In this document: one piece after another, positions 53,201-64,000 of the stretch
How positions within the stretch are numbered: position 1 is the first letter of the stretch
Layout: each line of letters starts with the position of its first letter
From: Takakia lepidozioides
Lineage: Eukaryota > Plantae > Bryophyta
DNA: 64,000 nucleotides
Direction of reading: 5' to 3'
NCBI GenBank assembly: GCA_030704615.1
Contig: CM060732.1
Coordinates: 82,212,001 to 82,276,000 of the forward strand
Position numbers and translations under genes: made by a program
Notes under the pieces: generated by a model
The model's database searches: none
The model's input: the letters and a program-made list of their open reading frames with translations, nothing else
Told to the model about the DNA's origin: nothing

Positions 53201-56200
53201 AACTGTCCACTCGAGCATACCAGGAGTTCCTGAAACCTGCAGCTTTGAGCCTCATAGATGTTGTGAGGGCCCTTGCCACTAGCCCTTTGGGTGGAAGGGC
53301 CTGCAATCTATGGAGAAAGATTGTAAGCCTGAAGAGGGCCTCGGATTGCAATGGTACACATGCGAACTCTGCACCTAGGATCTGAGATGGAGTTGTGCTC
53401 CTGGCGCCAAGCATTGCTTGGAGAAAAGATGACTGTAATGGTTCCAAATTCTTTTCCCACCAGGAGACAGGGACACCAGGTGCCCAGAACTCACAACCAT
53501 AGATGGTAGCAGGGCTGACGACGGTGTCAAACAGCCACTTTTTGGTCGGGGGATGCCGCAGATGTATTTGCTTGCATTTGGCCTGAAGGCGGACGGAGGC
53601 CGCCTTACCTTTAGTCAACCTGTCCAAAGCAGTGGCTGCAAAGTGAAACTTGGGGGAGTGGATAACCAGACCTAAGTACCGGTATGATTTCACAATCCCA
53701 ATTTCCTGCTGGTTGAAGATATATCTACGATCAGCCTGGCCATTGAAGACCATGATCTTGGTCTTGCTAAGATTGACCTGCATCCCATAGTCTTTGCAGA
53801 ACAGTTCCAAAATTTTGAGATGGCGTTGCAGAAAGACCGGGGATTGTGCCAAAAGGGCAACATCATCAGCATAGAGGAGATCTGATTGGGTTGGTCCCCC
53901 ATCCAATGGGACCCCAACCCCATGGTTTTTTGATATGTAATTCTCCAAGGCGTCAATGTAGATCCCAAACAGGGTAGGTGAAAGGGGGCAGCCCTGTTTG
54001 ACTCCAATGTTGCTGTGGATCTCGGCTGAGAATTTACCAGCGACGTTGACCATGCTAGTGACAATCTCATACATAGAAGAGATGGCACAAAGGATGTCTG
54101 GAGGGACTTCCACTCTATGGAGCCGTTGGAAGAGAAGGTCCCGAGGAACTGAATCAAAGGCTTTGTGAAAGTCCACGAAGCAAACATAGACCATTCTTTT
54201 GTCATAGCGTGCACTTTCCACCATAACTTGAAGAGTGAAGATGTGGTCAATAGTGGATCGGTTTCGACGGAAACCAGCCTGTCCCTCAGCACGAATGCGA
54301 GAGTACTCAGCCCGATCATCCAGTTCCATGGCCACTACTGCCCCAAACAGTTTAGCAAGTAATGAGGACACCATGATAGTACGATAGTTTGTCGGTGCGA
54401 GCCTGTCACCGCTCTTAAAAAGTGGGTGGATGATGCTCTTTGTCCACTCTGTTGGAAAGCCCCGTTGCACCACCTCATTGAAGAGGTTAGCCATAAAAGG
54501 GGCTAAAGTAGGTGCAGCATGCTTGATGAATTCACTCTGAAGTCCTGAAATGTCCACCGCTCTGCCATTTTGCAGCTTCTTGATTGCCTTACTGACATTG
54601 GCTGTAGTAAAGAGAGAGAAGTGAAGGGGTTTAGAACTTATAGGAGAAGGAGTTTGGGTAGGGGAATGGTACAAAGACTGTGCATACTCATGCCAGACAT
54701 GAATGTCAGTGATTGGGGGGGGATCTCTATGAGGTTTAAGGAGGGACCAAAAAGATCGAGGAGAAAATCTGATTTTAGCAAGGAAAGAAGATTGCAACTT
54801 GATAGTGTAGGCTTGCTTTTTGGATCTAATGAGGGACTTATAGTGCTTAAGAGCAAGATTAGTGGACTCTGGAGAAGAATTGGTATCAAGTAGTAAAAAT
54901 TTGATGCGACGTCTAGCAGTCTTGCATTCCTCATCATAAAATGGTGCGTAACGACGAGTGGAGAAGGGTGAGGAGGTAGATGGAAGGGTGACGGGAAAGG
55001 ATCGCAGGGCTGAGTCCCAAAGGGCTTGAGTAAGATGTGTAGCCTTGTCGTTAGGAGATGATAGAGGTAGATGGCAGGGTGACGGGAAAGGATCGCAGGG
55101 CTGAGTCCCAAAGGGCTTGAGTAAGATGTGTAGCCTTGTCGTTAGGAGATGATAGATGTAGAATGGAAGGGAGGGTTGACGCTAGGTATGTTTCATACTC
55201 GGCGTCATGTAAGTGAGAGAAAGGGGTATTAAAGTGATACGTGGGTGTAAGGGAAGAGACGCAGAGGGGATCCTCACGGGGAGGGAGATGGAAGGAAATG
55301 CAAAGGAAAGGCAAGAGTGATAAGAATCCGGGTACCTCGTGATGTAAAAGGACCTTATTCTATCAGGCTTGTTGGGGCTCCCCAAGAGATAGTCAACCAC
55401 GCTTTGGCCCTTGTACGTGTGGCAAGTGAACTGGCTGGAGGATTTGAAGTTGGTTGTTCCATTGTAAATGGACAGCCCCTGAGTTTCACAAAACTTGAAT
55501 AGATGGTGACCGTAACTTGTGATTTCGCAAGAGGAATCTGCACTTTGCCTCTCCAATTCCGTATGCGAGCGTTGGATGTGTAGAGGATCTGTGTGGTCGA
55601 AGGTGGGGGCCTGTAGTGATCCTATACGGGCGTTGAAATCTCCAACCAAGAAAATGTCCGTTTGTGGGGTACGGAGACGGGCCATATCGTCTTCCATTGG
55701 AACATATGGTGAATCTGCTCGAGTATGTAGGCCGCTGTGCGGAGATGCGGCCGGAGCAAAGCAGGATGTTGTAGCCTTTGATGTGACACCAAATGTACCT
55801 TGCCAGTGGGTCTTTGTATGGGAAGGAGATAAGTGGGAGAAGCCAGTCAGCAAAGTAACAAGCCACACCTCCAGATCCTTTGAGACCTGTACGTGGACGA
55901 ATCACTGACTGAAAGCTACACCCGAGAATAAAAGGGGGGTCCTTTCCTTCATACGCATGAGTTTCCAAAAGAAAAAGAACATCACACTTGGAAAGAATAT
56001 CTAGAAGCCCTTGAGGGTGGCTCCACAACGAGCCATTACAGTTCCATGAGCCAATGTGTAGATGTGAGCGTGCGTTGGTCTCATGGTGCCCCAACCCCTA
56101 TTTAGAGCTAGAGGGGCGACGTTCGTGCTCCCGGACAATTACCCTCCCATCTCGGTACACGGCATAGTGCCCTTGAGCTCGAGCTTGCTTAACCTGCAAG

Positions 56201-59200
56201 AGTTGCGCCCGCATGGCGTTGTATTGCAAAGGGGTCAAGTCATCGTTGAGGTACATACCCTGACCTCTCAATTGAGGCCTCTGCCTGAGGACTCTATCCC
56301 GAGCACCCTTGTCCTTGGATCTAATGAAGAGGACTTTGTGCTCTGAAGATCCTGCACGCCAAGCCCTTTCAATGCCACTCGCGCCCCATGGGAGAGCAAG
56401 GTTTTGCTGAATAAGGCTGGTGGCAGCGTCAAGAAGGTCCCCCTCAGCAAGGCCCCCTAGCTTCCCAGTGACCCTGATGTTAAGGGCTTTGAAAGCCCAT
56501 TGCTGTTCCTCTCACAAGGTAGCCGAGACTGTCTCCTCCAGAGAGTGAGGACTGTTGTTGGATGTGGTCCCCTTAACTATATTAGCCCAGGAGGAGGCCT
56601 CTGCCTTGTGAGCTTGGAGCTCCCGAGCCATTGTAGACGTCGCAGTTCTGTGTGTTTCCAGCTCTTTGCTAAGGGATTCCACCTGCAGGTGGATGCTTGC
56701 TGTGATGGGATCTGGGAGGCTCTTCTCTGTGAAGGTCTTCACTTCGCCTTCAAGTTTTGAAAGACGCGTATGTGTGGATTTGTCATTGAGATGTTTCGCC
56801 AGACCTTGAAGTTTGCTAGTGCACTCCTGAAGAGAGGCCCGCAAAACGCTATCCTGAACTCGCATATTGTTCTCCAAGTCTGTGTATCTGTCTGTCATGC
56901 GCTTCTGCCAATCTTTGTCCAAGGAATCCATGCGCTTTTCCCAATTTTTGTTAAGGGAAGCCATCCGCGTCTCCCAGTCTTTGTCTAGGGAAGCCAACCG
57001 CTCCTCCGAGTCATTGTCACGGGCATCGAGCACTTGCTGCAGAGTCTCCTCCGAGATGCATTTCGTTTGTAAGATGGAGATTTGGTCCCGAAGCGTTTGA
57101 ACATCAGCACTCCTTGTGGAGTATTGACGCAAAGGAGAGGCTTGATGAGAGACAGGGGCAGGAAGAAGAAGCAGAGGGGAATCAGGTCGACGTGAGGGAG
57201 ACGGGTAGTCTACCTCGTCAGCAGCCGTCCTTTGGCGTTTGGACGTCATGGTGTGGTGGAGATGGCGCTAGCGCGCCAACGCCCGTGAGCGCAGCGCCGA
57301 CGTGCTGCCGCGCGCGCGCGAGAGAGAAACGAGAGAGAGAGAGAGACATACTGAAAGAAAGTTTATAACACCCAAAGAAAAGACAGAGAAAGAGAAAGAC
57401 GGACTCCGTACCATCACCAGTTGCCATCACACACTTCTTGGCGGCCTGCAGAGCCTCAAGTATTATTAGCTTGTCAGCTGGGGTTGCTCGTGCAAATACA
57501 CTTGTCTCCTTCAGCAAATTTATTGTTTCATCCATGACCATGCTTGCTAGACAGGCCTCTGTACAAGAAATCGCAGCTGTATCCCCTTTTCTATCATACT
57601 CCAGACGGTCCAGAATCCCCACATTTAGTGCCACAGCCAATGCTGTTTTTATGTGGTCTCCTGTTACCATGATCACCCTCACACCAGCTTGTTGACACCT
57701 CTTCACAGAGTCTGCAGCGCATTCCTTAACCCTGTCCTGGAAAGCTAGAAAGCCTAGGAAGATGGTGGATTTCATGACAGTGGCTGCCTCTCCAGCTTTA
57801 GTTGCTGTGCTGACCACTTCCGCCTCTTTTTGTGGGTCACTGCATGCATACCCAATTAATCGGAGACCTGCAAGTGCACAGAAAATCCATGGTCGGCTGC
57901 AGTGGAAAGTGCAAACCCTGCATCTGGCAGTCTCTGTTCAACTCCCTCCAATACACACATAGTCCACAACCACCCAAGTGGAAGAAAGACTACCACTCCA
58001 CTCTAAATATAACACCCCCTAGGGCCTACACAGTTCAATTTGCCAGTTTCACCCTCACAATAGCCACTTACAGCTTCAACAGACGTAGGGGCCCACAAGC
58101 ATGTCCACTCCAAACCAATATCAGAAGTGATCATTTACAAACATAAGCAAGTCTCGAGGAGGTGAACTGAGTCCCCATAGCATTGGGCGGTGGCCGATGA
58201 GTCTTGTGCTTGGCGCCCTCATAGCAAGGTTACTTTGAAAGATTTCCTCTCACTGTAATTAAGGGACCTGAGTTGTGAGTGGTCGCTCCCAGGTGTATCC
58301 GGTTTGAATTTAGAAAAAAAACATTAACTAAAGATAGCTGGCATGTAGGGTGAGGATGTAGTCGACCTTCAGATGCTGCTGCCCAAATCTGCTCCTCCAA
58401 TTGTGTTCGGACTGTGTCAATTGGGACTACCCTCCCATGTTGAAAGGAGGAGGAGCAATGCCTAAGAAGCAGCTCTGGAGCCCCTTTCACATAAACCTTC
58501 AGTCTTCCACTCTCCACTTCTTGAGAGCTAAGGTCCTCCCTGCAAACATACCATGTCAATATCAAAGAAGCGACCATGCCAACTTCCTGTTTCTTTTGTC
58601 CATCTATCTCCATTGCCCTCTTTTCCTCTACCCACACAGATTCATGACATAATGCAGGGAGGATCAGTTCAAATTCAGTCCAGCTGAAAGACAGTTATTG
58701 AGTGGGGAAGCCCTTTCAACCACGTTTCACAAAGTAAGGATCTCATTGTTGTATTCACTTCTCTAGTAGCTCAGCGGTTAGAGCAAATGTTGGCTGTTCA
58801 GTGCACCGAATATATTGGTACAGGATATAGCTTTTTACTGTGGCATCGTTCAGAGCATGTCTAAAACAATAACTTACCTTTATTTGGAAAAAACAATATT
58901 TTTTTTGGCTGGGTGTAACTAACTTTCAGACTAACGAGACTTCCTACGTCAATATACCAACCCTGAATGAAGGACTAAGGCAACAGCTGGGCAAAGCAGC
59001 GAGTTTGATTACTCCATCTACGGACGTAACCAATACACCTTCATGTGGAAAGGAATTTAGGAAACACAACATGGGACAAGGCACTCTTTAAAGAAGTACT
59101 TCCAGGGGGGAAAAACCATTGGCGCAGCACCTCGCTGTAAGAGCAAACAAAACCCCAACAAACATTGGCAGTAACTTATCCTCCATAGATGAATTGACCA

Positions 59201-62200
59201 CAAGCAAATCCATGTTGGTATGCATTATTGTAACAGCCAGAGCTAAGGCCAGACACAGCCACACCCACCTGACCATGTCCCCCTTCATCTGAAAAGTCTT
59301 CGAAGCAAACTTCAGAGTAGGATCAAATGGAGACTCTGCTATTAGTTTAGCTGCCTCTTTCGCGCTATATATTGTCTGAAGGTGTTGCGGGATACGCTGA
59401 TTTGCCACCATGGACACCTCCCCCATAGATGACTGGCATTGGTCAAGTGACCCAGCCAATGCCGCCAACACAGCTCGATCAAACCCATCCCCAGACATAC
59501 CTGTAATAACACTCTTGTCATGAAATCATTGCAAGATAGATTACTGGAAATAGAGGGTCAATTTCTTTCCAATCAGCACAGAGAAGGAAGTGACTAATTC
59601 GTGACGACACAAGTATTACTACGTTTCCATTCCCCAACATGGACTGAACGAGTTAAAATACCATAAATTGAGAGGTCATGGATGACCATACCATACACCA
59701 AAAGCCATACATCCTTACATTTGAAAAATTTTGGGCTGATAAAGCTAATGTGTATTGGTGTGTCTCCAAAATTGGTACTAAAGACAGGAATGTTGTTGAC
59801 CTGGTGTACCGCTGCTTGTCTGACCAAAAATACTATCATTCGCTGCCCCTACAATGGAATCTGTCACTGGTAACACCTGCAAGCGAACTTCATCCATATC
59901 TGGCTCCTGGGGAGACTCCAGCTCAATTGCTTGGGCAGGAGCATGTGCTGTCTCCTCTAGTTCCCCTATGTCTGACATGAAGAGCCAGGCCTCAAGCAGA
60001 GTTTTAAGACCAACCAAGTCATGACCCTCAAAAATGGCAGAAATCTCAGTCCCAATCTCAGATGGAGATATGTGGCTTGTACCCACATGCCCTGAGTGTA
60101 GTACCAAATGATTCTCCGTGAGGGTCCCTGTCTTGTCAGTGAGCACAGTGTCCACAAAGCCAAGATTCTCAGCTGCACGCAGCTGTTTTACATACACATT
60201 TTTCAGCGAAAGTGTTTGGCTCCCAACAGCCAACACAGCAGCAATGAGGATTGGAAGCTCTTCAGGAATAGTTGCAAAGGCCAGGCTTAGACCTGACAGT
60301 AATACATCTTGCCATCGCATGTGCTTGAGCACTCCCAGTAGGGCTCCTACTGCACTTGCCCCCAAGGCCACTAAACTAAGTGTCCATGCCACCTCCTTCA
60401 AAACCTTCTGCAGCTTTGTTTTCTTTTCTTTGGCTTTTCGTGCAAGACTCAACACTTGACCCAGAGATGTTGCAAGACCTGTCTGGTATACCAACCCGGT
60501 ACCTCTACCCCTGGTTACCCAACTCCCCGCCAGGGCAATGTTAATACGATCCAGCAGTGATGCCTCAGAAGGTAGCAGACAATGGGGATCTTTTGATACA
60601 GGAGTTGATTCCCCAGTCATCTGTGATTCATCTACTTCCAAGAAATGTGCCTGTAATACACGAACATCTGCAGGCACTTCCTGCATGGGCCAATGGCCTC
60701 CACTGTTTTAACACAATCCAAAAATGTTACTAGAGAGTCTAAGTTGCATGACTCAAGCAACTCACATGGAAATCAGTAATCTATACATAATACAAAACAT
60801 CCAAGACGAAAGGCCCAACAAGAGTGATAACTGCAAACTACTTCACATGAGTTCACATGTGTCAGTATCCCTCACAAGCAGCCAAGTCCGTAATTTTGCA
60901 AGAACAGCACCTTGTGATTCTGACTGCGGCAAAATAGGCTAATCTGCAATCAATTGTGAAAACCTTCAACTTCCAACTGTGTGTCAATACATTTTATTGC
61001 TAAAGTTTGATTCTAGTCAGGACTGGTTAAGGTGTCCAGTACAAATATGTATTTGACTGAGCACATAACTTATTTCCTGCACACCTATCAGTGCGTAGAA
61101 CTACAGAGCTAAAGCCAAACGATCACCCTTGACAGCATGTTGGCAAAGGAGAACCATGAGGAGTTCGGCACACAGTACCATGCCTGCCCGTAGCTTGACA
61201 ATGTCGCCTGGCACCACATCACAGGCTGCAACTTTCCCAAATTGTCCGTCTCTCTTCACTTCTGCACTATGGGGAGTAGAGAGCTTAAGGCTGGCTAAGG
61301 CTCGCTTAGCACGCCATTCCGTTCCAACTTCGGCAACCACCATGAGAAGGATGACAATGAACGCAGTTACACCTTCCTCCAGACTTCCAAACATGATGTA
61401 CAGCACTCCCACACAGAGTAGCAACAGCTGTATTGCAAAATTGAGGTTCAGAGAAAATGAATGCAATGCAAATGTCGTCTGGATCAGAACGTTACATAGC
61501 AAAGTACTGTGAAGTCTACATATTGTGTTCAGTCAGACAGCTCGAATCTCACTTTCAGTAGACCTGTACTTGACCCTTTGCTGTATGATTACTCTAGAGT
61601 TGCTTAGACTAAAATGAGAAACTTCAAGAGTTCCGGACCACGTACAATAATCCAGAGGAAATTTGAAAACGAGAATGTCATGAAGGCATCTGGGCTCCAA
61701 ACGAGTGCATCTTTTGTACTATTAAGAGGAAAGTATCAAACATTCTGCACACCTATCTGAGAAATCAGGGGAAGTAATGCCATCTGTGGAGGAGAGTTCA
61801 CAAATTCCCTCAAGAGCAACAAATATCTGTATTGGAGGTCAGTGTGACACCAACATCCTGAATAGAAGATTGTGAGGGATAAAGCGTTTTTTTTCAGTCA
61901 AGAAACTTGATTGCTTCGCTGTTGCACCATTTGGAAATTGATAGCACAATGGGCGATTGGCCTCGTGAAGTCAAGATCGTCAACTTCACCACTTGGATTT
62001 TGTCACCTTGAGCCTCATTGACACCATTGTGCAATTTGCACCGGAGGGCTGTGGAATTTCCTTTCTTCACCATTGCTGATGTTGAAAGGCTCCATGAATG
62101 AACAAGTGCTTTAACCTTTCTCCATCTGTCTTCACACTACCCCAAAGCCCATTTCAATTGAAAAGATTCACACTTGGAGAGTGTGAGAGCAACACACGAG

Positions 62201-62663
62201 AGAGTGTGTGTACCTGAGTGGGCTCATAAATCTCCTTGACAAAGAAGCTCCAATAGCCCGGCATAGTTACTTTCTCAATGCGATTCCTACCGTACTTCTT
62301 CAACCGTGAAATAACCTCCTCCTTTCCGAGACCTTGCGCAGGCTGGACATCCAACTTCTCACACAGGGACACCCCCGACTGCGACCACGGCGGCGGCCAT
62401 ATCTGGCACTCGGACTCCATCTCTCGCTCAGGCACATTTGCATTCTTTCTTCTGAGTTTGTCAAGGGGCGGAATCATGAGGAGAAAGATGAGCAGCCCCA
62501 GAACTACAACACCCGCAAAGAAATGGGGCAACTCCGATGGGCTCGTCCCAGCCAGTACACCGAAGATTCCCCCAATGACGAGAGAAAGAGAAATCAACAC
62601 GCCCACCAGAGGTGAGATCCATGGGAACCAGGTAGATGAAAAGGGAGATGACGACAGTGCCAT
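50295..62663 (-). CDS. P-type cation-transporting ATPase (P2-like, prokaryote-type PEEL/ELFMD clade), 8 exons
   Basis: Exons ~62663-62214, ~61428-61179, ~60680-59801, ~59500-59269, ~58539-58367, ~57867-57412, 51719-51482 and 50976-50295. Motifs: [35 protein letters not shown] (phospho-Asp), [29 protein letters not shown] split by the LINE-containing intron, [10 protein letters not shown]. Confidence 0.9.
52060..52615. repeat. Degenerate ~190-200 bp repeats in the LINE 3' UTR
   Basis: AAAGAGCTTATRGGA at ~52072, ~52271 and ~52459, with a partial GCTTATGGGAC at ~52597. Each full unit is followed by CAACAAGCAGCCCA. Confidence 0.75.
52653..56097 (-). pseudogene. LINE ORF2 (EN-RT-CCHC), frameshifted in the EN/linker; RT half open for 714 aa
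   Basis: ORF track 55486-56094, 55182-55868, 55051-55314 and 52653-54797. Confidence 0.88.
54974..55155. repeat. 91-bp tandem duplication inside LINE ORF2
   Basis: AGGTAGATGG(A/C)AGGGTGACGGGAAAGGATCGCAGG...TTAGGAGATGATAG starts at 54974 and again at 55065; the copies are nearly identical. Confidence 0.9.
56098..57249 (-). pseudogene. LINE ORF1, one frame with a single premature TGA
   Basis: The frame continues past TGA 56512-56514 (likely CGA>TGA) through LNIRVTG...[17 protein letters not shown]...YRDGRVIV to TAG at 56098-56100. Confidence 0.8.
58765..58798 (+). other. tRNA 5'-half-like fragment (D-arm/A-box) in an ATPase intron
   Basis: TAGCTCAGCGGTTAGAGC...TGGCTGTT resembles the 5' half of tRNA-Asn(GTT). 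There is no T-arm/B-box or acceptor stem, so it is not a functional tRNA. Confidence 0.4.
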
Positions 62664-63285
62664 AAACACAGTCACACACTCACCTTCCAAAGCACCTGCT
62701 CCGTGACTCTGTCGTATTAATCTATGGGAAAATTTTCAACCCACCTGCAATCTTGCATGCTAGGGGTGCACAATCCTCTTCGTGGAGAAGTTGAAATGAT
62801 ATCCAGTATTTCCTCACGGCAATGCAGCGACCCCCCGGCATTTACAAGCATAATCTTTGCAACCTAATTCTCTCAGCCATCTCTCCAGCAATCTACCCAT
62901 ACTATACTCTCACCAAGCTCCCAAAGCCGGTTGGCTCGACAAACCCATCAAGAGATCTCTCTCTTGCAACAAAATGCACGTCTCTCTCGATGGAATTCTC
63001 TAACACAAAATCCCAAAGTCGTCATCTCTCTCGTGACTTTCTCAAAGCTTTCCGTTTTTCCTCCCCTGATCTCTAGTCTCGCAGAACTCGCAAAACTCAA
63101 CGTGCCAAGTGGCCTCTGTTCCTTTTCTGTATAAAAACAATACATAAAATAAATTCGTTGGTAAAATAATAGCAAGTAATTGTAGATAAAACGTAAACAA
63201 CCAGAATTACTGATGGTAAACCAGAGTGCATGCATGGCCACGCAAGTGCGATCTCGACAGTTGGGGCTGCCATGCCGCTGCTGCT

Positions 63286-63813
63286 TAGGGAATTCCAAAA
63301 AGGCCTTGATGTGAAATGCATCGCAATTCACTTGATTTGTCTTTTTTTCCGGAGCTAGCCATGTTTCTTTTGCCAGTGAATCACAGGAAGCTGCTGATCT
63401 GTCTCCGTCTCTGGCTCTCCTTTTCACGCTGAGGGTGAGGGTGGCTTCACAACTCCACAATTTCCTCAAGGGCACAAGAAAGAGGGCCAGCAAGAATAGA
63501 CGGGCATAAATATAGTTTGAATATATACATGTACATATATATTATATATTATATACAAAAATAAGTTAAAAAGTATAGATTACAATTCAATTGAATTGCC
63601 AACTAGCGATTCAATTGAATTGCGAATTGGCAATTCAATTGAAGTGCGGGTTGACAATTCAATTGAATCGTCAACTCGCAATTCAATTGAATCGTGTGCC
63701 GACAATTCAATTGAATTGCAAATTAGGGTTAGTTCAATTGAATTGCGCACTTTTAGGGGGTGATCAAGTGAATTGCGATGCATTTCACATCAAGGCCTTT
63801 TTGGAATTCCCTA
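63286..63813. mobile_element. Non-autonomous TIR DNA transposon (528 bp) with 51-bp perfect TIRs and a 6-bp TSD
   Basis: TAGGGAATTCCAAAAAGGCCTTGATGTGAAATGCATCGCAATTCACTTGAT (63286-63336) is exactly inverted at 63763-63813. GCTGCT flanks both ends (63280-63285, 63814-63819). Confidence 0.9.
63583..63745. repeat. Array of 7 palindromic CAATTCAATTGAATTG units with variable spacers (24-bp period)
   Basis: Units start at 63583, 63607, 63631, 63655, 63679, 63703 and 63730. Confidence 0.92.
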
Positions 63814-64000
63814 GCTGCTCATACAAAGTGCTCCAGGTCTCTCGCACTGACGCGATGGGAGAGTGCGTTGGAGGTCTGCAATCCGTGCTCTACTCGTAGT
63901 TCGAGGGGCATATATATCTGGATCTATCTTTGTTTATCTCACAAACCTTCTTCGTGTTGAACTGCATCTGTCTGGGACCTCTGTTCTGCAACCTGAAAGC

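Larger units (their letters stand above)
51956..57349 (-). mobile_element. Near full-length APE-type non-LTR retrotransposon (RTEX-like) inside ATPase intron 6
   Basis: ORF1 57249-56098 (coiled coil, then YLNDDLT-type C-terminus). Endonuclease [49 protein letters not shown]-terminal [16 protein letters not shown]...C..C...H...C is typical of RTEX. Candidate 9-bp TSD ACTGAAAGA at 51947-51955 and 57350-57358. Same orientation as the host gene. Confidence 0.88.

Noticed and set aside
58765-58840. Functional tRNA-Asn gene
   Set aside because: Only the D-arm-like part is present; no T-loop/B-box or acceptor stem pairing.
688-62663. Functional gene cluster linking TRAX, NIA, TLDc, BRCA1, the kinase and the ATPase
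   Set aside because: No shared pathway; ordinary neighbourhood in a gene-dense genome, apart from the TLDc/BRCA1 divergent pair.
63583-63745. True CRISPR array
   Set aside because: Repeats (16 bp) and spacers (8 bp) are far too short, there are no cas genes, and the array lies inside a eukaryotic TIR element.

Overview
Eukaryotic, intron-containing plant genomic DNA. It is most likely from a non-seed land plant; this is inferred from the transposon types (CRE- and RTEX-like LINEs), an intron-rich nitrate reductase and an atypical P-type ATPase. Six host genes can be assembled exon by exon: TRAX/translin-associated factor X (-), nitrate reductase (-), a TLDc/OXR-family protein (-), BRCA1 (+, head-to-head with the TLDc gene), a G-type lectin S-domain receptor kinase of SD2-5 type (+), and a prokaryote-like P2-type cation ATPase (-). 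Mobile DNA includes a decayed ~8.5 kb Ty3/Gypsy element, a tRNA-derived SINE, a 5'-truncated CRE-clade LINE, a near full-length RTEX-like LINE inside an ATPase intron, and a young 528-bp TIR element. Best leads: (1) the Gypsy carries a dUTPase-fold domain between protease and RT, plus a UUUAAAC slippery site at the end of gag; (2) the LINE's ORF1 and ORF2 are in one frame, separated only by UAG-G plus a stem-loop, suggesting readthrough or a single fused ORF; (3) the PEEL/ELFMD-type ATPase has an extra N-terminal transmembrane hairpin; (4) the TIR element has a 6-bp TSD and an internal 24-bp-period palindrome array. All family assignments come from motif recognition by eye; no database search was run.
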